From an uncultured Christensenellaceae bacterium (GTDB lineage: Bacteria > Bacillota > Clostridia > Christensenellales > CAG-314), in contig CAJUNH010000002.1 in assembly GCA_910587795.1 (NCBI GenBank), positions 135,400 to 199,399 on the forward strand: DNA of 64,000 bases, in the 5' to 3' direction. The first letter of the stretch is position 1, and each line of letters starts with the position of its first letter. The translations under genes and the position numbers were made by a program. The notes beneath the pieces were generated by a model that saw nothing but the letters and a program-made list of their open reading frames with translations, was not told the DNA's origin and did not search any database. Positions 20,312-29,006 of the stretch are shown here, one piece after another.

Positions 20312-21193
20312 TTAAAATACTCTATTTCTTTTTATTGCGCGTAATGTTTTAATAATTTCCGCAACACATCCTGCAACCGTAAACAGAAAAGTCATTACCA
20401 TATCGATAATAAACGAGCTTTTAAATTCCATATCATTCATACAAAGTTTAAACGCTTCCATTGCGCCGATTTCCAAATTTTCTTCTGCCGCAGCATTTCC
20501 TGCAATTACCAAGTACATTATAAATACCGACAAAAGCATCATTATAAACGTTGTTGACGTTACTATTACCACCATCCTTTTGTCTGCTTTTCCGCCAAGC
20601 TTTTTATAAAGCCCTACACCTAATACAAATGCAATAAAAGATGATATTCCTGCATAAAAGCCTATTAAATGTATGATAATACCTATAACTGCGCCGCAAA
20701 GACCTCCTATTGCCGCACCGATAAATCCAAGCAAATAATTATTCGGCTGTGTTGTTTCTTCGGTTATTATATCTGCGCATTCGCTATCTACAAAAAGTAA
20801 AAATCCGTCAACGTCTTGTTTTTTAACGTCTGTTTCGTTTATTTTCTTTCCGCAAGCAGGACAATATCCGTCACCTACGGCTCCGTTTATTTTTAAAATA
20901 TCACATATTTTATTTAAAATAAAAATTGTTTTTTCCGCAGTTTTTTCCATGGTCCAAATACTGGCAGTCTTAACGATTATTCCGTAACGGTCAAATTCGT
21001 AAGTGATCTTTTCCTCCAAAATCGGTTTGATTTCCTGTTCTATATTAAGTATTTGCTCCGGCAATGCAAAAAATGCTATGTGCAGTTTTAGCGGCGTTAT
21101 GTTTACACGGTATCCGTTTACTACGCCGTTAGTAAAACTGCCGTTTATCGTAAAATTATTTTTCGCAAAAAAATCCTGCCATATTTCGTGCAT
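20312..21193 (-). CDS. hypothetical membrane protein (soluble N-domain, CPACG zinc-ribbon-like motif, ~4 TM helices)
   Basis: Long ORF with a hydrophobic C-terminal half. The start at MHEIWQ (21193) follows an AGGAGAGG RBS. No family recognised. Confidence 0.5.
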   Translation of the reverse strand: MHEIWQDFFAKNNFTINGSFTNGVVNGYRVNITPLKLHIAFFALPEQILNIEQEIKPILEEKITYEFDRYGIIVKTASIWTMEKTAEKTIFILNKICDILKINGAVGDGYCPACGKKINETDVKKQDVDGFLLFVDSECADIITEETTQPNNYLLGFIGAAIGGLCGAVIGIIIHLIGFYAGISSFIAFVLGVGLYKKLGGKADKRMVVIVTSTTFIMMLLSVFIMYLVIAGNAAAEENLEIGAMEAFKLCMNDMEFKSSFIIDMVMTFLFTVAGCVAEIIKTLRAIKRNRVF

Positions 21194-21363
21194 AAGCGTA
21201 CCTCTCCTTTTTTCCGCAAGTGAAAAATACAATAAACTGCATCGGTATATAAAATGCAGCTTTATTTTTTCTTTACATTACGTAAATACAATATATCGCT
21301 ATTAACGTTTACGTCAATAGAAATAGAAAATTACGGCCGACAAACAATATCGACCGTAATTTA

Positions 21364-22728
21364 TTATCTGTTATAAATTTTATCGCGGATATCTTTAACG
21401 CGGGCGGCGGTAATATCGTTATTTTTACACTCCTCGCTAATTTTATCGCGGGCGTGCATAACGGTGGTGTGGTCGCGTCCTCCAAAGTATTCGCCTATAG
21501 AAACAAGAGGAACGCTTTGCCCCAAAATATCGCAAATCAAATATATACATACTTGACGCGGAACTACTATTTCTTTATTTTTCTTTTTGCCGATAATATC
21601 TTCCTTACGCACACCGAAGTAATCGCACGTGGTTTTTACAATTTGATCGATAGTTATAATGTCGTTGGACGAATCGGCATAGTCGCGCAAAGCGTCGTTT
21701 ACGATATTCATATCGTTTGGGTCTCCGCCTACCAACGTACTGTAACTTATAATGCGGTGGAGCATTCCCTCCATTTCGCGTATATTGTTGGTTATCTTTT
21801 CCGCAATCAAACTTAATACTTTAATGTTTAAACTGTACCCGCGGGCGTTGCATTTTTTTTGCAAAATAGCTATACGCGTTTCCAAATCGGGAGGCTGTAT
21901 ATCCGCAATTACGCCTGTGGCAAATCTCGTTTTAAGACGTTCCTCAATTTTTATTTCCTTCGGCGGACGGTCGCTGCTTAATATAATTTGCTTTTCGGCA
22001 AGATACAGCTCGTTAAAAGTATGGAACATTTCTTCCTGCGTACCCTCTTTATTTGCAAGGAATTGCACGTCGTCCATCATTAAAACGTCCAGCTTACGGT
22101 ATTTATTTCTAAAATTTTTCATTGCGTTGGGGTTTGCTGTATCGTGCAGAGACTCGATAAACTCGTTTACAAACTGATCGCAAGTTACGTATTTTATTTT
22201 CTTTTCTGGAAAATTCCTCTGTAAAGAATTTCCTATCGCGTGCATCAGGTGGGTTTTTCCCAATCCTACGCCTCCCCACAAAAATACGGGATTGTATTTT
22301 ATTTCCTTATTTTCCGCCACGGCATGCGCAACGGCGTTGGCGTATTCGTTACTTTTTCCTACTACAAAGTTATCAAACGAATATTGCGCAACAAATACAG
22401 CCTTGTCATCCGTAATAGATACGTAATTGCCGCTTACCGGCAAGTCTACTTCCTTATCCACCTTGCCTATATTATCCAAATCTCCGTCGGTTATTATTTC
22501 TACGTCTAATATTGTGGGAAACACCAACGCAGTACATTTTTTTATAATATCCTTATAATTTTTATCGATTATATTTTTCAGCGCTCGGGTTTCGGCAAGC
22601 AAATACAGTCTGTCGTTATGTATGCCTACCGGCTGCAGTTGGTTTATATACAAATCGTACTGCAATGTGGATACCTTCGACTCGGTTTCCAGCAAAATAT
22701 TGTCCCATATTTGATTTAATTTAAGCAT
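21364..22728 (-). CDS. dnaA: chromosomal replication initiator protein DnaA
   Basis: AAA+ Walker A GGVGLGKTHLMHAIGN, box VII/sensor motifs, C-terminal DNA-binding HTTVMHARDKI. The start is taken at MLKLNQIWDNILLE (22728); the track ORF begins at a TTG at 22803 with no RBS. Start uncertain by up to 75 nt. Confidence 0.95.
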   Translation of the reverse strand: MLKLNQIWDNILLETESKVSTLQYDLYINQLQPVGIHNDRLYLLAETRALKNIIDKNYKDIIKKCTALVFPTILDVEIITDGDLDNIGKVDKEVDLPVSGNYVSITDDKAVFVAQYSFDNFVVGKSNEYANAVAHAVAENKEIKYNPVFLWGGVGLGKTHLMHAIGNSLQRNFPEKKIKYVTCDQFVNEFIESLHDTANPNAMKNFRNKYRKLDVLMMDDVQFLANKEGTQEEMFHTFNELYLAEKQIILSSDRPPKEIKIEERLKTRFATGVIADIQPPDLETRIAILQKKCNARGYSLNIKVLSLIAEKITNNIREMEGMLHRIISYSTLVGGDPNDMNIVNDALRDYADSSNDIITIDQIVKTTCDYFGVRKEDIIGKKKNKEIVVPRQVCIYLICDILGQSVPLVSIGEYFGGRDHTTVMHARDKISEECKNNDITAARVKDIRDKIYNR

Positions 22729-22817
22729 AGTACATTTATTATACACGGATTTATTTAAAATAGCAAGTTTAATTTGCGCCGTTGTTGACAACAATTTAGA
22801 CAAAGGAGATACTGAAA

Positions 22818-23468
22818 ATGGAATTAATAAACAGTCAAACTTACATCAACTTAGCCAAAGCGTACTCAGGTGAAACGCAAGCCCGTACCCGTTACGAATT
22901 TGTAGAATACGGTATGCGCAACGAAGGCTACTCCACAATGGCGGAAATAGTAGATACTATTGCATATCAGGAATTTAATCATGCCCGTATGTATTATACG
23001 TTTTTACAGCAGGCTTCGGCAAAGCCCATAAAAAATATCGAATACAGCGCGGGTTTTCCGTTTAAAGAAAAATGGGCGATATTGGACAATCTTAAATTTG
23101 CCGCCGAGGACGAACACAACGAAGCAAAAATTTATACGGCGTTTGCTAAGACCGCACGCAAGGAAGGCTTCGACGAGATAGCAACGCTGTTCGAGCAAAC
23201 GGCGGAAGTGGAAAAAATCCACGAAAGTATATTTTTGGAATTGTACAACCAAATGAAAGAAGACCGCCTTTATAAAAGCGAAACGCCCACAACATGGGTT
23301 TGCGCTTCCTGCGGCTATACAGCCACGTCTACCGAGGGTTGGACGGAATGTCCTTTGTGTAAAGCAAAACAGGGCGCAATTCTGCTCCATTTGCAGAGTA
23401 TGAACAATGCGGATATTTCCTCTTTGCTGTCTTTAAAAAATTCACCGTCCGCGTCTGCGCGCTCATAG
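22818..23468 (+). CDS. rbr: rubrerythrin
   Basis: Diiron four-helix motifs (E..AR..Y, EEF.H, E..H) and a C-terminal rubredoxin-like CASCGY...CPLC. Confidence 0.9.
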   Translation: MELINSQTYINLAKAYSGETQARTRYEFVEYGMRNEGYSTMAEIVDTIAYQEFNHARMYYTFLQQASAKPIKNIEYSAGFPFKEKWAILDNLKFAAEDEHNEAKIYTAFAKTARKEGFDEIATLFEQTAEVEKIHESIFLELYNQMKEDRLYKSETPTTWVCASCGYTATSTEGWTECPLCKAKQGAILLHLQSMNNADISSLLSLKNSPSASARS

Positions 23469-23746
23469 AAATCGACTGAAAAAACTAAATATAATAATAC
23501 TTGCCGAACAATAGATAATACAAAATAAATATACGTATTTTATAAATCGGTATTTATTTTTTGGGACAATGTCTATCGGTTACAAAACCAAAAAGTTTTA
23601 GTTTTGTACAAGTAAAGCCGTTTAACTGCTTTTATTGCACATTATACAGTAATAAATTATTTAACCGATAAAAACGTAAGTAATGATTTACTGTTTAAAC
23701 GGTAAAGTTTTGTAACGGCAATCAGGCTTAATCACAGAAAAAAATT

Positions 23747-23797
23747 TGCGCCGCAATAATTTATTTTTAATTGCGGCGCATTTATTTGTTTTTTTTT
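23747..23797. terminator. bidirectional intrinsic terminator between rbr and dnaN 3' ends
   Basis: 11-bp perfect stem tgcgccgcaat / attgcggcgca with an A-run upstream and a long T-run downstream. Confidence 0.75.
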
Positions 23798-23839
23798 GTT
23801 TTTGTCAATAAATTTTATAACGTTTTTAACAAGCCTATT

Positions 23840-24946
23840 TTATACGATTTGTTTTACGGGCAAAATAAAGTACAAAACTTCATCGCTGTCGTAAATAGTT
23901 ATAACGCAGCTGTTATGTTGGGCAAATTCCATTTTAATGCTTTCCGCAGACATAACCTTTAAGCAATCGTTTATAAAACGGGAGTTGTATGCGCAACGCA
24001 CGTCCTTACCGTTTAAGCTGATTGTAATGTTTTCCTTGGCCGTGCCGTACTGGCTTGTAGAGGATATAGTCATACTGTATTCCTCTATATTAAATACAAC
24101 AAGGTTGTTCTTTTCGCTGCGGGACATAATAGACGCCGTATTTAAAGCTTTTTCAAAAGTTTCCTTATTAACTATCAGCGTCGACAGAAAATCCTTAGGT
24201 ACAATATTGTCGTACTTGATGTACTGTCCGCCCAGCAATCGCGTAAACAGCTTAGTGTTTTCCATGGCAACCATCAAATAGTTGTTTTCTATAAACACTT
24301 TCAAAACGTTATCGCTGTCGGTCAACAGCTTTGATAGCTCCGATAAACTTCGGGACGGAATGGTTGCGCTGATTTCGTCGACGCGTTCCTCCAAGGCTTT
24401 TTTGCTCATTGCAAAACGGTAGCCGTCGGTTGCCACTGCGCACAGCGTGTATTGTTTTGCTTCGAAATGTACGCCTTTAAGCATAGGGCGGCTGTCGTCG
24501 GTTGCCACTGCAAAAATAACGTTATTGATAATTTCTTTCAAGTTCATTTCCTGTACGGCAAAGTAACTTGCGCCGTTTACGGTTTCCACTTCGGGATATT
24601 CCATAACGTCCAAAGTGCTTATCGTACATTCGCTGTTTGCCGAACTTATAAACAATCTGTTGTCGTCGGCAATTTCCAGCGAAATATCGCTGCCGTTATC
24701 TGCAATATTGCGTATATATTCGCCGAAGATCTTTCCGGGAACAAGCAAACCTCCGCCGACAATAACGTTTGCGTCTATGGATTTTTCGATAGCAAGGTCT
24801 TTATCCGTAGCGTACAGCGTCAGTCTGTCGTTTTCCGCCGTAATCTTTATACACTCCAACACGGGAGCAACGTCGCGGTTAGGCAACGCTTTGGAAACTT
24901 TGGCGACTGCGTCGTTTAAATCCAAACTGTTTACAATGATTTTCAT
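23840..24946 (-). CDS. dnaN: DNA polymerase III beta sliding clamp
   Basis: 368 aa from MKIIVNSLDLNDAVAKVSKALP, a typical DnaN N-terminus with three-domain length. GGAG RBS before the ATG at 24946. Confidence 0.95.
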   Translation of the reverse strand: MKIIVNSLDLNDAVAKVSKALPNRDVAPVLECIKITAENDRLTLYATDKDLAIEKSIDANVIVGGGLLVPGKIFGEYIRNIADNGSDISLEIADDNRLFISSANSECTISTLDVMEYPEVETVNGASYFAVQEMNLKEIINNVIFAVATDDSRPMLKGVHFEAKQYTLCAVATDGYRFAMSKKALEERVDEISATIPSRSLSELSKLLTDSDNVLKVFIENNYLMVAMENTKLFTRLLGGQYIKYDNIVPKDFLSTLIVNKETFEKALNTASIMSRSEKNNLVVFNIEEYSMTISSTSQYGTAKENITISLNGKDVRCAYNSRFINDCLKVMSAESIKMEFAQHNSCVITIYDSDEVLYFILPVKQIV

Positions 24947-24989
24947 AATAAGCACTCCTTACAAGTCTTTTGATTTTGTCTTTCGTCAC

Positions 24990-25500
24990 AACAAGTTATA
25001 CACTTTCTTCGGGTAGTAGTGTTATTAGGCAATGTGAGTATGTGTATAACCTCTGCGTATGCCTAATAAAAAAACGATATAATGTGGCGGAAAAAAAATT
25101 TACACACAAGATGTTGTGGTATGTCTAAAATAGACAATGTGTATAGGTTTTGCGTATTTGCGTAAACTTGTCCACATTTTATACAGCGAAGGTTTAAGCC
25201 TTAATTTTAAACTGCGGCATTTGCCTTAAACAAGAAAGAAAACGCAAGTTAATGCAGCTATTGATAATCGAAAAAAGCAAAAGCCCGACTCCGCGGTAAT
25301 TAAACCGTTTTGTAATTTTTTAACGGTAATAATCTTTATAAATACCGCCGCTGATTTACTATTATATTATATCATAAATATCGGCAGATTGCAATGCTTA
25401 CAAGTAAACACATTAACTAAAATTTAATAAAAAAGACGGTGTAAAATAAAAGACAGCGTAAAACGTAAAAAAATAAATTTAACAATAATGTTGTATATCG
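24990..25500. other. candidate oriC: DnaA-box cluster plus AT-rich tract
   Basis: 9-mers near TTATNCACA: 24996-25004 TTATACACT, 25041-25049 TGTGTATAA (perfect on the complement), 25138-25146 TGTGTATAG, 25168-25176 TTGTCCACA. AT-rich stretch 25320-25500. Coding-strand bias switches here. Confidence 0.5.
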
Positions 25501-25519
25501 GCAAAATGTATGGTATAAT
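25491..25519 (+). promoter_or_regulatory. sigma-A promoter for the DegV-family gene
   Basis: TTGTAT, 17-nt spacer, TATAAT, with a TGg extended -10. Confidence 0.55.
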
Positions 25520-25584
25520 CGAAAACAAGGTCGGCAAATCGGTAAATCGGAAATAAAAAATGACCGGCAGCAAGAGGGAATAAT

Positions 25585-26463
25585 ATGAGCAAATTAATTA
25601 TAGACGCCGACGGAGAGTTATGGTACACCCGTCAGGAAGAACTGGGCGTAGATTATATAAAAATGCCTTTTTCGTATAAGGGAGAGGAATACGAATACGA
25701 TTTAGGTAAAACGACCGATTTTAGAGCGTTTTACGACGCTGTACGCGGAGGCGAAGTGCCCAAAACAATGGCGCTTAATCCCGACGATTACGTCCGCATA
25801 ATAGAACCGTACTTTAAGCAGGAAGAAGACGTGTTATACGTCAGCTTTTCCCACGCTATGAGCGGAACGTTCGATCATTTGCAAACGGCATTGCATACTC
25901 TTGCCGAAAAATATCCCAAGCGCCGCTGCCGTGTGTTCGATACAAAAGCGATAAGTTTAGGGGCAGGCATTCAAATGGAATATGCAGCCGAACTTAAAAA
26001 CAGCGGAGCAAGCGACGACGAAATTATCCGAAAACTTACGGAGCTGCGCGATAGAGTCGCGGTATATTTTGTAGTGGACGATTTGATGCATCTTAAAAGG
26101 GGCGGAAGACTTTCGGGCGTGGCGGCGTTTGCCGGAACATTGCTTTCTTTAAAGCCTATGCTGACGCACGATGAAAAAGGCGGACTGAAAGTATTTGAAA
26201 AAATATCCGGCAGGCGCAAGGCATTGCGTAAAATGGCGGATAAAGTAATAAACGAATTAACCGGCACCGAATTTAACGTGTACGTTGTAGATGCGGATTG
26301 CCCCGACGAAGGAAATTTGTTAAAGGACATGATTTTGGAAAAACGTCCGGAAGCAAAAGTTGTCCGCCAAACCGTAGGTCCCGTAATAGGCGCGCACTGC
26401 GGACCGGATACTGTCGGCGTAATATTTATTGCGGATTCAAGACCCGTACCTTTGGAAAAATAG
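25585..26463 (+). CDS. DegV-family fatty-acid-binding protein
   Basis: 292 aa with SHAMSGTF (S-x-SGT block), HLKRGGRLSG and LSLKPML motifs typical of DegV. Confidence 0.88.
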   Translation: MSKLIIDADGELWYTRQEELGVDYIKMPFSYKGEEYEYDLGKTTDFRAFYDAVRGGEVPKTMALNPDDYVRIIEPYFKQEEDVLYVSFSHAMSGTFDHLQTALHTLAEKYPKRRCRVFDTKAISLGAGIQMEYAAELKNSGASDDEIIRKLTELRDRVAVYFVVDDLMHLKRGGRLSGVAAFAGTLLSLKPMLTHDEKGGLKVFEKISGRRKALRKMADKVINELTGTEFNVYVVDADCPDEGNLLKDMILEKRPEAKVVRQTVGPVIGAHCGPDTVGVIFIADSRPVPLEK

Positions 26464-26466
26464 CAT

Positions 26467-27636
26467 ATGAACATAATAACGAAAGAAATCGATATAAGGT
26501 CGACCAAACAAAAGAAAAAGTTTTTTAAATTTTTAATAGATTTATACAGCAAAAACCCTCACGCCGCGCCGAATCTGTACGCGGACGAAATGGACGAATT
26601 TAATCCCGAAGTTAACGACGCTTTCCGTTTTTGCGAATGCCGAATGTTTTTGGCTTACAAAGGAAAAAAGATTGTAGGACGCATAGCGGGTATTTGGCAT
26701 AAACACGTAAACGAAAAGAACGGAACAAAGCAGCTGCGTTTTACCCGGTTTGATACCGTAGACGATTTTGAAGTGACGAAAAGTCTGTTTAAACGTTTGG
26801 CGGATTGGGCAAAGGAACTGGGTATGGAAGAGATTATCGGACCTATGAGCTTTTCCGATCTAAACGAAGAGGGTATGCTTATAGAGGGATTCGACCGCGA
26901 CAGCACCTATCAGGAAATTTACAACAACGCCTATTACGTCGAACATATGAAAAAACTCGGCGCATACAAAGTGGTGGACTGGAACAGTTATATAATAAAA
27001 GTTCCAAACGAGCGTGACGAAAGGTTAAGCCGCTTAGCGGAATACGTACAAAAGCGTAACGGGTACGAAGTTGCCGACGTTTATAAGCTTGCGAAACAGC
27101 GGGATAAAAAGCCGCTGCGCGAAGTGATAATAAGCTGTCTGGACGTAATGAACGAAGCGTTTGAAAATCTTTACGGCACAAGCCCGTTAAGCGAAAAACA
27201 GAAAAAGCGCGAAGCGGATACTCTCGTGCAGATATTTTTGCCCGAGCTTGCCTGCGCGGTGCTTAAAGACGGCAAAGTAATCTGTTACGGATTTTGTATG
27301 CCTACGATGCTGGAAGTTATGCATAAAGGAAAGGGACGAATAATCCCCGGAGGATTGATACCTTTTATAAAAACGATGTCGCACCCGAAGGTTGCCGATA
27401 TGATGTCCATAGGTATTGCCAACGAACACAAAAACTTAGGCGCGGTATCCATAATACTAAACCATATATTGGAAGGATGTATTAAACTCGGCGTAAGGTA
27501 TTTGGAAACGGGACCGGAGTTGGAAGATAATCTTAACGTTCAAAATTTATGGAAGAATTACGACCGTCAGCTTATTAAAAAACACCGCTGCTGGGGTATT
27601 AAAGTGGCAGACGTCGAAAAAATAGTAAACGAATAA
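26467..27636 (+). CDS. hypothetical protein, possibly a two-lobed GNAT/acyltransferase-like fold
   Basis: 389-aa ORF 3 nt after the DegV gene. Weak resemblance only (KIVGRIAG..., NLGAVSIILNH). The function is not supported beyond that. Confidence 0.4.
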   Translation: MNIITKEIDIRSTKQKKKFFKFLIDLYSKNPHAAPNLYADEMDEFNPEVNDAFRFCECRMFLAYKGKKIVGRIAGIWHKHVNEKNGTKQLRFTRFDTVDDFEVTKSLFKRLADWAKELGMEEIIGPMSFSDLNEEGMLIEGFDRDSTYQEIYNNAYYVEHMKKLGAYKVVDWNSYIIKVPNERDERLSRLAEYVQKRNGYEVADVYKLAKQRDKKPLREVIISCLDVMNEAFENLYGTSPLSEKQKKREADTLVQIFLPELACAVLKDGKVICYGFCMPTMLEVMHKGKGRIIPGGLIPFIKTMSHPKVADMMSIGIANEHKNLGAVSIILNHILEGCIKLGVRYLETGPELEDNLNVQNLWKNYDRQLIKKHRCWGIKVADVEKIVNE

Positions 27637-27650
27637 AATGTAAATATCAA

Positions 27651-27694
27651 AAAGCCGCCGTTATGGGGATTAAACCCGTAACGACGGCTTTTAT
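27651..27694. terminator. bidirectional intrinsic terminator
   Basis: Stem aaagccgccgtta / taacgacggcttt (one mismatch) between convergent genes. Confidence 0.7.
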
Positions 27695-27715
27695 AATGCC
27701 GTTTTGGCTAAAAGG

Positions 27716-28822
27716 CTAATATACAACTACTGACTTTTTTACTAACGCAACAGCCTTATCTTGCGCGTATGCCACTATTACGTCGGTATCGCCCTGACGG
27801 ACTAACTTTTTTGCCGCAAACGCGCTGATTTTAAATTTTTGTTCGTTTCCGTCCGTATCTAAATAAAAACAAAAATATTTACCTTCGGCGCCGTTTCCGT
27901 AAACTTTGCTTGTATAAGCCAGCTTGCCCGAAGTATAGGTTGCTCCTATCGATGTAACCGAATCGAAACAGCGTTTTGTTTTAAAAGGAACGTAAGCAGT
28001 GCTTAACGATAACGCTAAAAACATAATTAAAAACGCGCCGGATACAGAGGCAAAAACCCAAACGTAAGCGTCTTTAACCGTAATAGCAAAGTAGGTTAAC
28101 ATAAACGCAAATACCAGAGAAAACGCAAAATATATGCCGGAAAGAATAAAAAATCTTTTATCATAGCCCAGCGGAGTATATTGGCTTACGTCAATTTCTA
28201 CCGTGCAGCCGTTTAAGCCGAGGGTATTCGGCGTATCGGCTGTTACTGCCGCTTCGTTTCCTTCCACGTCCAGTAATGTATACTTGGACAGAATAAAACA
28301 TTTGCTTTCGTCAAAAGCAACAACGATCTGCTGTCCTTCGTAAAAAGTCGGGGCGCTTGAGTAAATCTTTTTAAATTTTTCGGTACGGATGTTGCCGCTG
28401 CGGTCGTAAAACTGAAAAATAAGCAAAACTTCTTCTCTTGTGCGTAAATCCCCGTCTTTATCTCGCGACGTATGTTTTGTTACGGTTATCTCGGTAAGCG
28501 TTGCATAGGTAACGTCGGCGTTAAGTATCCGTTTGCGCACAAGAATATTGCGGGTATGGTAGCCGACAAAAATTATCAGCGCCGCTCCAAAAAACGCTCC
28601 GCAAATTGCGTAAAAAACGGTATACTGACCGGACGTATCTGCGCCGTTATCTTTGTTGACATATATTATAAACGCAAGCACTGCCCAAAAGAACAGTGAT
28701 ATAAACATAAGAACCCACGGTAATATGGATTTGTATCCTTCGGCAGCTATCGGTTTTCTTCTGTCTAATTTAAAAAATCCGCACTTAGACGGAGCAACAG
28801 TTTTTTTGTTATCTTTTTTCAT
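27716..28822 (-). CDS. hypothetical polytopic membrane protein (two TM pairs, each followed by a soluble beta-rich segment)
   Basis: 368-aa ORF with hydrophobic segments near aa 30-90 and 225-290. No family recognised. Confidence 0.5.
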   Translation of the reverse strand: MKKDNKKTVAPSKCGFFKLDRRKPIAAEGYKSILPWVLMFISLFFWAVLAFIIYVNKDNGADTSGQYTVFYAICGAFFGAALIIFVGYHTRNILVRKRILNADVTYATLTEITVTKHTSRDKDGDLRTREEVLLIFQFYDRSGNIRTEKFKKIYSSAPTFYEGQQIVVAFDESKCFILSKYTLLDVEGNEAAVTADTPNTLGLNGCTVEIDVSQYTPLGYDKRFFILSGIYFAFSLVFAFMLTYFAITVKDAYVWVFASVSGAFLIMFLALSLSTAYVPFKTKRCFDSVTSIGATYTSGKLAYTSKVYGNGAEGKYFCFYLDTDGNEQKFKISAFAAKKLVRQGDTDVIVAYAQDKAVALVKKSVVVY

Positions 28823-28931
28823 AATACTTATTATATCATAAAGTCAATTTACAGAATACAGTTTTTTAACGGTTTTTAAAAAAAATTATAGAGTTATAAA
28901 TTTTATATATCAAATACCGGTATTAAAATAC

Positions 28932-28962
28932 TTGACGGGGGGGGGGTATATGTTGATACAAT
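28932..28962 (+). promoter_or_regulatory. putative promoter with a G10 homopolymer in the spacer
   Basis: TTGACG (28932-28937), 19-nt spacer that begins with a run of G (28937-28946), TACAAT (28957-28962). Lies 45 nt upstream of the lipoprotein start. Confidence 0.5.
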
Positions 28963-29006
28963 AGCCAATGGCGAAAGCTGAAAAAAAATTTAAGGAGAAA
29001 AAAGAC

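Noticed and set aside
21180-21241. Apparent 1-nt disagreement between the printed sequence line starting at 21181 and both ORF-track translations crossing it (an extra c at the start of the line and a missing c at its end)
   Set aside because: Coordinates are back in register on both sides (21003 and 21303/21364). This is most likely a formatting or reading artefact and not a real frameshift. I used the ORF-track coordinates.
22729-22803. 25-aa N-terminal extension of dnaA from a TTG at 22803
   Set aside because: There is no RBS, and it would run to within 14 nt of the divergent rubrerythrin start. The conserved DnaA N-terminus begins at MLKLNQIW (22728). Neither start has a strong RBS, so some uncertainty remains.
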